Origin: Tubiluchus corallicola
Taxonomy: Eukaryota > Animalia > Priapulida
Length of the DNA: 64,000 nt
Assembly: GCA_030141605.1 (NCBI GenBank)
Contig: JAQGDQ010000253.1
Span: 204,911 to 268,910 of the forward strand
Direction: 5' to 3'
In this document: piece after piece, positions 1-14,357 of the stretch
Layout: each line of letters begins with the position of its first letter
How positions within the stretch are numbered: position 1 is the stretch's first letter
Notes under the pieces: model-generated
Told to the model about the DNA's origin: nothing
Seen by the model: the letters and a program-made list of their open reading frames with translations, nothing else
The model's database searches: none
Made by a program: the position numbers and the translations under genes

Positions 1-3000
1 GCAGCAGAATTAGATACACAAGAGGAAGCATATAAGGGTACCTCTGCCTTTACAACTTGCTCTACCAAGTTTGTACTGCCACATAAAGAAGGTACTGATG
101 TGATATCATTGTCCATAATTTTATCTGTGGCTGCTACTCTTGCTTCAAGTGCTTTTATTTTTGCAGATTGTTCTGTAAGCTGGTCATCTTTATTTTGCAG
201 TGTAGACAACATTGTTCTAGCTTGATTTTGTAATACATTAACTTCATTAGTTAACCTGAACATGTCTAAATTGGTAGCTTCCAGCTCAGTTCTTAATGCA
301 GCCTCGGTTTCCTTTAAAAAATTTATTTGTCGTTCGAACTCTAACATTTTATTGTGCTCTGTTTCAGAAATTTCATGAATAACCTCATGCTGATCGAGAA
401 GGAACTTACTGTCAGTTTCTAATTGTGCAACTTCCAAATTTTTACTTTCAAGTTGATGCTCCAACTTGTTTTCCTTTTCTACTTCTTGTTGCAGAACTTC
501 TTCTAATTCTTCTTTAACATTTTCAAGTTCTTTGTAAGTTTTCTTTATGCTTTCTAATTCAAGCCCTTTGTTTTTTAGTTCTTCTGCTATACGAAGCTTG
601 TCCGATCTCTCACATTCAAGTTCAGACTGTAGGACATCTATAACTGATTTTGAGTTATTAGTGGCTTTCTGTAAGTCCTCTACAGCATGTTCTACATCAG
701 TCAGTTTTTCTTGTAACAGTTCTCTTTCATATACAGCTTCATCAAGCTTGTATTTTAATTCCTTGTTTAATTCACACTGGTCTTTCAACTCAGACTGAAC
801 AGCTGATATGATGTCCATTTTTTCATGAACGTTGTTTTTCACTGCATTTAACTCCGTGTCTTTACTTAAAAATAAATTCTCTATTTCTTGTAACATTTGG
901 CAATAATCAGTACACTCTAACTGTTTTGCAGATTTTGCACAGAAATTTTCCTCGAGCTGTTTCATATTGCCTCTGTTGATACAAACTGTTTCATTTAGAC
1001 CAGCTATAGCTGCATGCAAGTATTCAATGTTTTTAGTCTTTCCTATTAATTCTTCCTGAAGCAAATCCACTGAATGTCGTGCATCCTTTAACTGTTTCTC
1101 AACAGTTTCAGTTTTACATTTAATGTCATCCTGCAACTTTTTATGCTCCTTTTGCAACTGTTTCTGTTCAATAACCAGCACAGAGTTTGCTTCATTTAAA
1201 GCTTTATTTGCATCTTCAGTGTCCTGCATCTCCAAATGAAGCTTCTGGTTTTCACATTTATAACTTTCTAAAGAATTCTGAAGAATTACTAAAGCAGACT
1301 CTTTGTCACATAACGAATTTCGAAGTTTTTCTACTTTTACATATAGATTAGCTATTTTGTTCTCAAGTGTGCTTGTACATAAATTGTATTGCTCAATTTG
1401 CAATTGCTGGTCCATCTGTAGCTTCATCGAATAATCATCCAGTTCTTGTTTCACTTTCTTTAATTTCAAGTCAGCATTTTCATTTGCTGCCTCAAATGCA
1501 GTTTTTAATTCACATATTTCTTCACTGAATACAAATTCTCTTTGGGTTAATTCAGCAGCCAAGTTTCTCACCATCTCATCCTTACACGAAAGGGCATTTT
1601 CAAAATCAAAGGCATTACGCTCTAATTGTGTTGTTAGCTCCTGTATATGAGCATCCATGTCATCTTTTATTTTCTTCTTTTCATCTGTTAATGCCTCTAT
1701 TTTTTTCTCTAGCTCTGCATAATTATGTTCTAAATTAGTAATTATCAAATTGTTCTCTTCAATTTGGTTAAGGTGTTTCTCTATTTCACTGTTCTTTGCT
1801 ACTTTCAGATCTTCTAGTTGTTTAGCACTATTAAACTTTGTGCTCTTAATCAAACCTCTGAGCTTTTTGTTTTCCTTATCCAACCTCTCTTTGTCATTTT
1901 CCAAATCACATATTTTTTCAGAGAATGACTGCAATTGTGCTTCATTGGTCTCATTCATTTCATTGGTCTGTGTTTCGTATAGAAGCTTGAGGTTTTCCAG
2001 TTCTTGTTTCTTCTGACTTTCGAAGCTACCATATTCTTTGGTTAACTCACCTAGCTGGTTTAACAAAGCATGCTTTTCATCATTAACCACTTTATCATTC
2101 TGCACTGAGGCTGCCTCAAGTTTTTCTATTTCACCAAGTAATACCACTTTTTCATCATACATAGTTTCTGCATCACACTGCAGGGCAGATACTTGGACAG
2201 CTAACTCAGACAATTCTGTTTTATAGTCTGCATTTGTCATCGTAAGAAGAGTCAAAGCTGACTGTAACCTGTCTGTCTCTAGATTACCAGCACTTTTCAA
2301 GGTATCTATCTCACTTTCATGTGCCAATTCCATGTCTTCAATCTTAGCAGTCAGCTTCTGGTATAGCTCACAAATCATTTGATCCTTTTCAAATTTTAAA
2401 CCTTCAAGTTCTTGCAATTTTGAAGCGTTAAGTTCCACTAATTTTTCGTCATATTTTGATTTAAGAAGGTCTTCTTCAATTTCTAGTTCTTCAATTTCTC
2501 TCTGCTTCACAAATAATAAATCTTCTATTTCCTTTTCTTTTCTAAATGCTATTTCAAGAAGTTTCTCTTGCATGTTATGCAGCTCCATTTCCTTTGCAGT
2601 AACAGTTGCATTTGATGTTGCATAAGCATTCATAATATCAGATTTGTTGGCATCCAACAAGAGCTGCATTTCCTTGTCCTTTTCTTCGATATTTTTTACA
2701 TGCTGAGTTTCTTTAGCATACAACTCAGACTTCAAAAACTTGACAACATCGAATTCATTTTTTAATTCCGTGTCAAGAGTATTAACACGTTCACTTACAT
2801 CTAGTTTCCACGAAGCAAAATCACTCTTCATGTCAGAAACCAGTTGCTCCTGTTCATCCATTATGTCCTTCACGAAGCTAACACGCTCGTTAACGAGTTC
2901 TACCAAATTGTCACGCTCAGCTACTTGAACAACGAGCTGTTTACATTCTTTTTGTGTTGTTTCAAGATCTAACATCAAAGCATCAATTTTTGTTTTTAAA

Positions 3001-6000
3001 TCTGTTAATTCAGCTTCATTCTTTTCAGATTTCTTTCTTGATAATTCTAGTTCTTCTGACAGTGATTGCACAACGTTGTTAGACTGATCCACCTCACTCT
3101 TGCTAACAGCAAGTCTGGTGCTATATCCTTCAAGGTTAATAGTCATTTCTTCAATTTTTGACTGTGCTTGATGTAGGTCACTTTGTAAAGACATCTTCTC
3201 CATCCCATGTGCCTCAAGTTTTGACTCCAATTCTTCTTTATAATTTTGAAGTCCTTTCACAGATTCTTTAGCTGTCTCGTATTTCTTGCTCAGTTCATCT
3301 AATTTTAGCCTTAGTTCAGAGTTCAGTATTTCAGTCTCATTCAAATGATCAGTAGTGAACTGCAGTTCCATTTCTCTCTGAGACAACGTTGACTGCAGTG
3401 AAGCATTTGCAGATTTTGTAGATTCATAGCTTTTATTCAGCTCTAACATCTTACTTTTCAGATCAGACGCTACTATTTTTCCATTCTCAACTCTTGTTTC
3501 TAGATCATTAATAGTTTCTTTTGAATTTCTCAAAGCAGTTTGCAGTTCCGATACATACGTTAATGAAGTCTCATTTTGGGACTCTAAAACGGAAATGGAT
3601 TGACTTTTCTCTGAAAGATCATTTTGCAGAATTTTCACATTTTTCGAAAGCGATGTGATTTCATCGCTTAGTTTCGTAACTTGTTTGCTGCTGTCAGCAC
3701 CTAATGCATCCAAGTGTGCTTGTTTAGACTCCAATTCAAGTTTCAAATTCTGTATATGTACATTATGTTCATCACAAGTTTGTTGTAGGTCATAATTTTC
3801 TTTTTTTGCTATTTCTAGTTTTCGCTCAAGATCTGCTTTGCCTTCTTGTAAGCTAGAAACATTCATTTTTTCTTCCTCTACTGCAGAGCTTTGTCGCACA
3901 AATTTTTTCTCCAACTCTGTAATTTGTGTTAGTAAGTCATCATTTTGTTTAACAACAGAACCATACTTTCCATCCAAATAATTTACATTGTCATTAGCTT
4001 TGGACAGGTTTGACTGACAGATTTGCAGAGACTCACTTTCAATAGCAAGCTTATCTTTTAACTGTTGGGTAGCTAACCTTTCAATTGCTATTTGCTGTTT
4101 TAGGTGCTGCCTATCCTCATTTAATGTGGCTAAAGAATTTTCATGTACTTTTTTTACTTCTATTTCTTCATTTAATTTCTCTTCAATGGATTGCTTACTT
4201 TTCACCATTTCATTAAACTTAAATTCAATTGAATCTTTACCTTTTAGCAATTCTTCCAATTGGAAGATGAGCGAGTCTTTCGTCTTTGTTACATCTTTCA
4301 ACTGAAACTCACAAGTTTGTTTACCTGTAAGCGCTTCATTCAGCTGTATTTTAAGGCAATCTCTATCTCTGGCTGTCTCTTCAAGTTGCAGCTCAGTAGC
4401 TTGCTTAGTATTTAATGTGTCTTGTAGTTGTAAGCCAGTGGTTTCTTTACCACACAATGCTTCTTTCAGTTGTAATTTCATATCATCCTCGGCTTTTACC
4501 ATTGTTTCCAACTGTAATGCAACAGCTTCTTTGGCATTCATTGTTTCTTGCAGTTGCAACTTCTCAGCTTCGTTAGCTTTCAGTGCTTCTTGCAGTTGTA
4601 ATCCAGTGGTATCTTTAGCATGCAATGCTTCTTCCAGTTGTAATTTAACAGCTTCTTCAGCTTTTACTGTTGCTTCCAACTGTACTTCAAGATCTTTTTT
4701 AGCATTCAGTGCATATTCAAGTTGTGAACCAATAGATTCTCTAGCATGTTCTGCTTCTTCCAGTTGTAATGTAACATCTTCTTTAGATTTTACTGTTGCC
4801 TCCAACTGTGCTACAATAGCTTCTTTGGCACTCACTGTCTCCTGCAGCTCCAATTTCACAGCTTCATTAGCATTCATTGATTCTTCGAGTTGTACACCAA
4901 TGGATTCTTTAGAATGTTCTGCTTCTTCCAGTTGAAATCTAACAGCTTCTTCAGCTTTCACTCTTGCTTCCAACTGTAATTCAACAGCTTCTTTAGCATT
5001 CAGTGCCTCTTTGAGTTGTGAACCAATAGATTCTCTAGCATGTTCTGCTTCTTCCAGTTGTAATGTAACATCTTCTTTAGCTTTTACTGTTGCCTCCAAC
5101 TGTACTACAATAGCTTCTTTGGCACTCACTGTCTCCTGCAGCTCCAATTTCACAGCTTCATTAGCATTCATTGATTCTTCGAGTTGTAAACCAATGGCAT
5201 CTTTAGCATGCAATGCTTCTTCTAGTTGCAATTTAACAGCCTCTTCAGCTTTTACTGTTGCTTCCAACTGTAATTCTATAGCTTTTTTGGCATTCAATGT
5301 CTCCTGCAGCTCCAATTTCACAGCTTCATTAGCATTCATTGATTCTTCGAGTTGTACACCAATGGAGTCTTTAGAATGTTCTGCTTCTTCCAGTTGAAAT
5401 CTAACAGTTTCTTTAGCTTTTTCTGTTGCTTTTAACTGTACTTCAAGGCCTTGTTTAGCATTCAGTGCCTCTTCGAGTTGTGAGCCAATAGATTCTCTAG
5501 CATGTTCTGCTTCCTCCAGTTGTAATATAACATCTTCTTTAGCTTTTACTGTTGCTTCCAACTGTAATTCTACAGCTTTTCTGGCATTCAGTGCCTCTCC
5601 AAGTTGTGAGCCAACAGATTCTCTAGCATGTTCTGCTTCCTCCAGTTGTAATGTAACAGTTTCTTTAGCTCTTTGTGTTGCTTCTAACTGTACTTCAACA
5701 GCTTTTTTAGCATTCACAGCGTCTTCGAGTTCCAAGCCATTCGACTCTCTAGCAAGTTTTGCTTCTTCCAGCTGTGATATAACAGTTTCTTTAGCTTTTT
5801 CTGTTGCTTTTAACTGCACTTCAACATCTTTTTTAGCATTCAGTGCCTCTTCAAGTTGCAAACCAATAGATTCTCTAGCATGTTCTGCTTCTTCCAGTTG
5901 TAACGTAACATCTTCTTTAGCTTTTACTGTTGCCTCCAACTGTACTACAATAGCTTCTTTGGCACTCACTGTCTCTTGCAGCTGCAATTTCACAGCTTCG

Positions 6001-9000
6001 TTAGCTTTCAGTGCTTCTTGTAGTTGTAATCCAGTGGCATCTTTAGCATGCAATGCTTCGTCTAGTTGCAATTTAACAGCTTCTTCAGCTTTTACTGTTG
6101 CTTTCAACTGTAATTCAACAGCTTCTTTAGCATTCACAGCCTGTTTGAGTTGTAAACCAATGGCATCTTTAGCATGCAATGCTTCTTCTAGTTGCAATTT
6201 AACAGCCTCTTCAGCTTTTACTGTTGCTTCCAACTGTAATTCTATAGCTTTTTTGGCATTCAATGTCTCCTGCAGCTCCAATTTCACAGCTTCATTAGCA
6301 TTCATTGATTCTTCGAGTTGTACACCAATGGAGTCTTTAGAATGTTCTGCTTCTTCCAGTTGAAATCTAACAGTTTCTTTAGCTTTTTCTGTTGCTTTTA
6401 ACTGTACTTCAAGGCCTTGTTTAGCATTCAGTGCCTCTTCGAGTTGTGAGCCAATAGATTCTCTAGCATGTTCTGCTTCCTCCAGTTGTAATATAACATC
6501 TTCTTTAGCTTTTACTGTTGCTTCCAACTGTAATTCTACAGCTATTCTGGCATTCAGTGCCTCTCCAAGTTGTGAGCCAACAGATTCTCTAGCATGTTCT
6601 GCTTCCTCCAGTTGTAATGTAACAGTTTCTTTAGCTCTTTGTGTTGCTTCTAACTGTACTTCAACAGCTTTTTTAGCATTCACAGCGTCTTCGAGTTCCA
6701 AGCCATTCGACTCTCTAGCAAGTTTTGCTTCTTCCAGCTGTGATATAACAGTTTCTTTAGCTTTTTCTGTTGCTTTTAACTGCACTTCAACATCTTTTTT
6801 AGCATTCAGTGCCTCTTCAAGTTGCAAACCAATAGATTCTCTAGCATGTTCTGCTTCTTCCAGTTGTAACGTAACATCTTCTTTAGCTTTTACTGTTGCC
6901 TCCAACTGTACTACAATAGCTTCTTTGGCACTCACTGTCTCTTGCAGCTGCAATTTCACAGCTTCGTTAGCTTTCAGTGCTTCTTGTAGTTGTAATCCAG
7001 TGGCATCTTTAGCATGCAATGCTTCGTCTAGTTGCAATTTAACAGCTTCTTTAGCTTTTACTGTTGCTTCTAACTGTACTAGAACAGCTTCTTTAGCATT
7101 CACAGCCTCTTCGAGTTGTGCACCAATAGATTCTCTAGCATGTTCTGCTTCTTCCAGTTGTAACGTAACAACTTCTTTAGCTTTTATTGTTGCTTCCAAT
7201 TGTACTACAATAGCTTCTTTGGCACTCACTGTCTCTTGCAGTTCCAATTTCACAGCTTCATTAGTATTCATTGATTCTTTGAATTGTAAACCAATGGATT
7301 CTTTAGAATGCAATGCTTCTTCCAACTGTAATTCAACAGCTTCTTTAGCATTCACAAGCTGTTCTAGTTCTGAGCCAATGGATTCTCTAGCATGTTCTGC
7401 TTCCTCCAGCTGTAATGTAACAGTTTCTTTAGCTTTTTGTGTTGCTTTTAGCTGTACTTCAACATCTTCTTTAGCATTTAGTGCCTCTTTGAGTTGTGAG
7501 CCAATGGATTCCCTAGCATCTTCTGCTTCTTCCAGTTGCATCTTAACAGCTTCTTTAGCCTTTGCTATTTCTGCCAGCTGTAGTTCAAGATCTTGTTTAG
7601 CATTCAGTACCTCTTCTAGTTGTGAGCCAATAGATTCTCTAGCATGTTCTCCTTCTTCCAGTTGTAACGTAACATCTTCTTTAGCTTTTACTGTTGCCTC
7701 CAACTGTACTACAATAGCTTCTTTGGCATTCACTGTCTCTTGCAGCTCCAATTTCACAGCTTCATTAGCTTTCAGTGCTTCTTGCAGTTGTAATCCAGTG
7801 GCATCTTTAGCATGTAATGTTTCTTCTAGTTGCAATTTAACAGCTTCTTCAGCTTTTACTGTTGCTTTCAACTGTAATTCAACAGCTTCTTTAGCATTCA
7901 CAGCCTGTTTGAGTTGTAAGCCAATGGATTCTCTAGCATCTTCTGCTTCTTCCAGTTGAATCTTAACAGCTTCTTTAGCCTTTGCTATTTCTGCCAACTG
8001 TAGTTCAAGATCTTGTTTAGCATTCAGTGCCTCTTCTAGTTGTGAGCCAATAGATTCTCTAGCATCTTCTGCTTCCTCCAGTTGTAAAGTAACATCTTCT
8101 TTAGCTTTTATTGTTGCTTCCAATTGTACTACAATGGCTTCTTTAGCATTTAGTGCCTCTTTGAGTTGTGAGCCAATGGATTCTCTAGCATGTTCTGCTT
8201 CTTCCAGTTGTAACGTAACATCTTCTTTAGTTTTTACTGTTGCCTCCAACTGTACTACAATAGCTTCTTTAGCACTGACTGTCTCTTGCAGCTCCAATTT
8301 CGCAGCTTCGTTAGCTTTCAGTGCTTCTTGCAGTTGTAAACCAGTGGCACCTTTAGCATGCAATGATTCTTCTAGTTGCACTTTGACAGCTTCTTCAGCT
8401 TTTACAGTTGCTTCTAACTGTACTAGAACAGCTTCTTTAGCATTCAGTGCCTCTTTGAGTTGTGAGCCAATAGATTCTCTAGCATCTTCTGCTTCTTCCA
8501 GTAGCGTCTTAACAGCTTCTTTAGCCTTTGCTATTTCTGCCAACTGTACTTCAACATCTTCTTTGGCATTCACTGTCTGCTGCAGCTCCAATTTCAGAGC
8601 TTCTTTAGCATCGACCGCCTCTTGAAATTGTAAGACAATGGATTCCTTATCATGTACTGCTTCTTCCAGTTGTAATTTAACAGCCTCTTTATCTTTAATT
8701 ATAGTTTTCAAATTGAATTCAACAGCTTTTTTGGCATTGACTGTTTCTTCAAGTAGCAAATTAATAGCTTCACTGTTCTTAATGGACTCTGCTAACTGTA
8801 ATTCGATGGCTTCTTTAACCATGGTGACTTCTTCCAATTTTAAGTGAATGTTATTCTTGTCCCTTAATGATGTTTCTAATTGCGCTTTAATACTATCTTT
8901 ACTTTTCAGTGCTTCCTGTAATTGGAACTCTATGGCATCTTTATTTGCTTCTAAGCCTTCAAGTTGTTCATTCAGTCTACTTTTCTCCTCATTAAGCTCA

Positions 9001-12000
9001 TCAATGTTCTTTGTATGTTCGCTCTTGGTAGTAAATTCAACCAATAATGTCTCATCCTTACTGGCAATCTCTACTTGTAGTTTTTCAATTTCTGACTGCA
9101 GCTGATCAAATTGTTCCTTCAAATTGTTATTTGCAATCCTAGCATCAGCTAACAAGCCCTCCAATCTCACAATCTCCATATCTTGTTTGGCATGATTTTC
9201 CTCGAGTGCTGTTTTCTCAAGCAAGACATTTTCTAGATTGGCACTTAACAGTGACAGTTGTTCTCGTTTAGAATTCAATTCTGACTCCACAGTTGCAGTT
9301 TCTTGAAGCACGCTACAAATTTTGGTTTTTGATTCTTCCAGATCAACAGTTAACAATTTTACTTTTTCCTCATAAGATAATTTCTCTTTCAAGTGTTCTT
9401 CTGCTTTCTCTGCATAATTTGCTAATTCTGCCCTGGCGCTTTCTAGTTGTGATTCGGTGTCATAAAGTTGATTCTGTGTACATTGGAGCAGTTCCAAGAG
9501 TTTAGATACCTCATTTTTCAAAGAAGAAATCTCCTCAAATAACTCTGCGGTTTGAGTACGAGATAAATTCAATTTTTCAGTTAATAAAGACACACTTTGC
9601 TCAGCCAATTCTAGCTTCTTACCAATATTGTCATTGCTTATACGATTATCCTCAAGGGTCAAAGATAAAATAGAAATTTTTTGCTCTGACAATTCCAAAT
9701 TCTTTTCCATTTCTGCCTTTTTACTATTTGCCAAGTAAATGCTTTCACTAAGTGCTGTCAAATGATTTCTGACTACAGACAAATCTAGTGCTATGTCAGT
9801 ATTTTCCTCGATTGATTTACAAGTTTGTGAGTCAGTCTCCTTTTTAGCTTGATCAACAACTTGCTTTAGTTGCAGCAGTTCATTTTGCATAGTCTTTAAC
9901 AGCTTCACCATGTCAATGTTCTCATCATAAAGTATCTTGTTTTCATTCTGACACAGAATCAGATCATTAGTAGCAGAATTTTTCTCTAATTTTAAGTCAT
10001 CAACAGTCTCTTGCAATCTACTTAACTGACACTCCAAATCATTTTTGCCAGTTAATACTACTTCCAATGTATCGCTTACACTCGATTTTGATGTTTGCAG
10101 CTCCTTGAGTTCTAAGTTTACTTGCTTCAAGTTCATTTCCAATGACTGAATTTTAGCTAGCAAATTGGACTTTTCAGATTCTAGGCTACCAACAGAGGCA
10201 GTATTTTCGTCAAGCTTTTCCTGATGCTCTTTCACCAACTTTTTAATATCACTCTGAAGACTATTAATGTCAAGTGACTGAGTGTCGTTCTCTTTGCTTA
10301 ATCTCTCCACAACTTCATCTTTTTCTTGGTTACTAGTTTTTAGTTCATTTATTTCTTGTTGCAAATTTTCAATAATCATTTCATGTGCTTCAGCAGTGTT
10401 TGTTTTCTCAGTATTTTCTTTACGTAAATGAGTGACAGTTTCTTCCAATTCAGAAACATTTAATTGGTTTGCTCGAACTTCTTTTTCAGCGACCAGAAGC
10501 TGCTCCTTTTGCTTAGCGCATTCTGATATTAAAAGTTCCGTTTCATTTTCTAACTCAACCACACGTGTGTTCAAAGTGTTAGTGTTTGTTTCTAATTCAA
10601 AATTTGTTTGTTGCAAACCATGCACATTATCTCTAAGATTTTGCAATACACACTCAAGCTCAGACAGTTTAGACTGCAATTCAATTTTCACTTGTACTAA
10701 CCTGTCATTTTCTCCTTGAAGCTGCTCGACTTCAATCTTCTGCCCACGGATTTCCGAATGCAAAGAAGCTTGCAGGTTCCTCAAGTCAACTTTTTCCACT
10801 TCATGTTGATGCTCTTTGGTGGCGTATAGTTGTTCCTGATTTGCCAACTCTGTTCGCAGTTCCTCCAGCGCTGCGTCACGTTCCTGTAACTCTTTTCTGC
10901 TTTTCTCTATATCTAGATTACAATTCTGCAATTGACCACTTAGTTCACAAGCTTTAGTTTCAGATAGTTCTAGTTCTCTCAAGACATTATTGTGCTTATT
11001 TATAGTTTGCAACAGAACATCCGTTTTTTCAGAAAGCTCTGCCTTGGCACCATTAAGCTGGGAAACTACAGTCTCATAACTGTTCTTCAGCTCACTGCGG
11101 TTTTCATCCAGGTTATGAAGCTCTCTTGTTATACTTTCAAGCTCACATTCTTTGTTTGAGAGAGATAACTCAACTGTCTTTAACTTTTCTTCGAGCTCGT
11201 GTTTGACAATACTAATATCTTCAATAAACTGTTCCTTTTCTTGCAACATGGATTTTAAATTCCTTTCACTTTCTTCCTTTTCCGAGAGCTGTTCATGTTG
11301 GACATTTGATTGCAATTCCAAATTGTGATGCAACTCTGTGTTTTCCTTTTCTAAATCAACATATTTTGACTGCAGAACTTCAGTATCACACTTCAACTGT
11401 TCAACAGTTTGTTCAGTAATTTTTACTAACTGCAACAGTTCTTCATTATATCGCTCAGCATCAGAAAGCTTATGATGAGCTTCAGTTAGTGCTGTTTCTG
11501 TGGTTAAGCATGTTTCTTGAAATGTTGATAGCTCTGTCTTTACTAACTGTAACTCTTCAGTTAGTTGGACAGCAGTTATGTCTGCCATTTGAAGTCGCTT
11601 TTGCAGTGTATGCCTTTCTGTGTCCAATTCACTCTGTAAAACAGTTTTTTCTTCTATACTTTGTGCCAGTTGTTGTTTTGTTTGTTGCAGTTGCATAGTA
11701 ACTGAATCTATTGAGAAACTTTTATCTTCGACATCATTTTTGAGTACTTCGAGCTCAGAATTTTGTAACTCCACGGTTACTCTCAACTGTTCTGCATCCT
11801 GTGCATGTTGTGACGTTAAAGCCACTTGTTCGCCAACTTTAGTTTCTAACTGTGCTGATACATGAGAAATTTCACTTAATCTGTTTTGTAATTCTTCATT
11901 TTTTATAGTGGCTGTCTGGACATTAGCTTCTAAAACTGATATCTGCTGGTTGTTGCTAGAAATACAAGTTTCCCGCTGTTTTAATTTTTCCTCAAGTTCG

Positions 12001-14357
12001 TTCACTAGCTGTTCAGATATAGACAGTTTTTCCTGTACTGCTACTGCATTAGTTTGCTCAACTGACAGTGCAGATGTAATGTCATTCATCTTCTCTTGTT
12101 CGAGGGCAAGCTTTTGTGTCAAGACGCTGACATTTTCTTCCAAGTTACCAATTTGGGTAGTATCAGTCTCAGATTTTTTGGACAACTCGTTATTTATCTT
12201 CTCCAATTCCTTGCATTTAGTTTCAAAAGATTGAAGGGAGTCTTGTAACATAGAAATATGCGTAACCTTGTCCTTCTCCAACTGGTTTTCTCTTTCTTCA
12301 CTAGTACGTAGAGCTTCCTGCCTGCTTTCTAGCTGCTCAGCTGTAATGGCAAATTTTTCCCGAAGTGTTACATTTTCACTTTCAACGGTGCCGAGTTTAA
12401 CCAAAAGCTTATCAGTTTCTGAGCTCTTTTCGTTAACTGTTAATTTAAGCTCCTTAGTTTGTTTTTCGCTTTCTTCAAACTGTTTCTGAAGTGTTGTGAA
12501 ATCATGCTGAAGCTTTTCATGTTCCAAGCTTGTTGTCGAGCAGGCATCTTTAATTTCATCTATTTTAGCCAGATTATGTTCACGTTCATCTTTTAGGGAA
12601 CACATCTGCGTTCGCAAATGCTCTACTTCATTTTGAGATGCCACTATTAATTCATTAAGGCGACCTGTTTCTACATTGAGCTTTTCTTCGGCAGAAAGTA
12701 AGTCAGATTTCAAATGCGTGTTTTCTCTTTCATAATTGGAAATAAGCTCTTTTAATTTCTGAATTTCTTCCGCTCGTTGAGCACAGGTTACCTGCCAAGT
12801 GTCTAGCTTTTCGTTACTGCTTTCTCTCATGGCAGCTAGTGAATTCTTTAGTTCAGCAATTTCTTCATTAAGAGCAGTTTGTTTTTCTTCATAATCAGTG
12901 ACAGAAGCTGACAGTGCTTCATAAGCCACATTTTTCTCTGACAAGGTAGATGTTAATTCATCCAACTGAACAGTATAAGCCCGAATCTGACCCTCTTTGG
13001 CCTGTATATTTTGTACAGCCAACTCCAGCTCGCAAGATACAGCTGCGTGATCTCCTTCCAACTGTTGATATCGAGAATCTGCTTTACCTAAATCATTGGT
13101 TACTGAAACCTTTTCCTGTTCGAGCTGTTCAATTCTATGCTGCAAGTCATTTAGAAACTTCTCCTTTTCTTCTAGTGCCATAGTTTGCTCTTCATATTTT
13201 CCTCTCTCCTCTGCTAATTCATTTTGAACAGAGCTTAAACTTGACTTGAGAGATTCTAACTCAGTTTCATATTTCTCAAGCATATCTCTGGAAGTACTAA
13301 GCTCGGAAGTCAATTCTGCTGATATAGATGATTGATTAACTAGCTCATTTTCCAACTCGGAAAGCTGACCTAGCAAGGATTTGACCTTTTCTTGATACTT
13401 CTGTTCTTCTTCTGACTTCCCAGACTTTGTTAAATCAATTTCTGTTTCTAGAGAGGACAAAGATCGTTTAGTCTCTGCTAAATTTTTTTCTAAAGACTCG
13501 ACAGTCTCCCGCAGCTCTTGTTTTTGCTGCTCATTTGTCTGTAACTGACTTAATAATTTCTCTATATTTTCTTCTTTATGGTCAATCACCTTTTCTAGTC
13601 TTCCTACTTCATCATTCTTGTCAGCTATGTCTAAAATAGCCTTTTCCAAATCTCCCTTGATGTTACCCATAGCTTCCTTAACTGTATCAGTTTCCTTTTT
13701 ACTTCTCTGCAGTGCTGCTAAAACGTCCTGATAAGTTTTTTCCTGGGCAAGCAATCGATCATTCAAGTCATTATTTTTTGCAGCTAAGTCAGAATTGGTC
13801 TTATCAACGCTAACAGCTTTTTCTACGGACAAATGTAGCTTGTTCTCTAGGTCTGCTACCACATTGAGCTTGGCTTCTATCACAGATTTAGCTTCTTCTA
13901 ATTCACGCTGGATGGATGTACACAACTGAGTTTTCTCGTCTAAACGATTTTGTAAGTTTTTTACAATTGCATCAGTATCACTGTTATCTTTACAAAAGTT
14001 ACTTATCGTTTTCTCTTTCTCTTCTAAATTGGATATCAGCTTTGAAGCAGCAGTGTCTTTCTCTAGCAGCTGATCCTTAAGCTGTGCGATGAGTTCAGTT
14101 TTAGCTTCCAGCTCAGTTTCTGCTCGAGTCGAAGCACCTGCTTGTTCGTGAAGGCGTTGCTCAAGACTGCTTGTAAGTTGATTGCTATCTTTCAGTTCAG
14201 ATTCAAGTCTGTTAATCACAGTTAGTTTTTCCTGCAGTTGGCAAATCAGATTACCCTGTTCTAGGTTTACTTCATTCAGGTTCACGACACGCTCCTGCAG
14301 ATCAGCTAGCATGCCATTCTTTGCTTCCAATTGTTCCAAAGATGACTGCAAATCGCC
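1..14357 (-). CDS. Giant coding exon (about 14.3 kb, about 4780 codons) of the giantin-like gene
   Basis: Acceptor ttttattttgcag|GGC GAT TTG at 14357. The same frame is open where checked by hand (near 14357, 9800, the repeat block and 1-200). The ORF track lists no minus-strand ORF here, consistent with one frame having no stop before the window edge. Confidence 0.88.
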
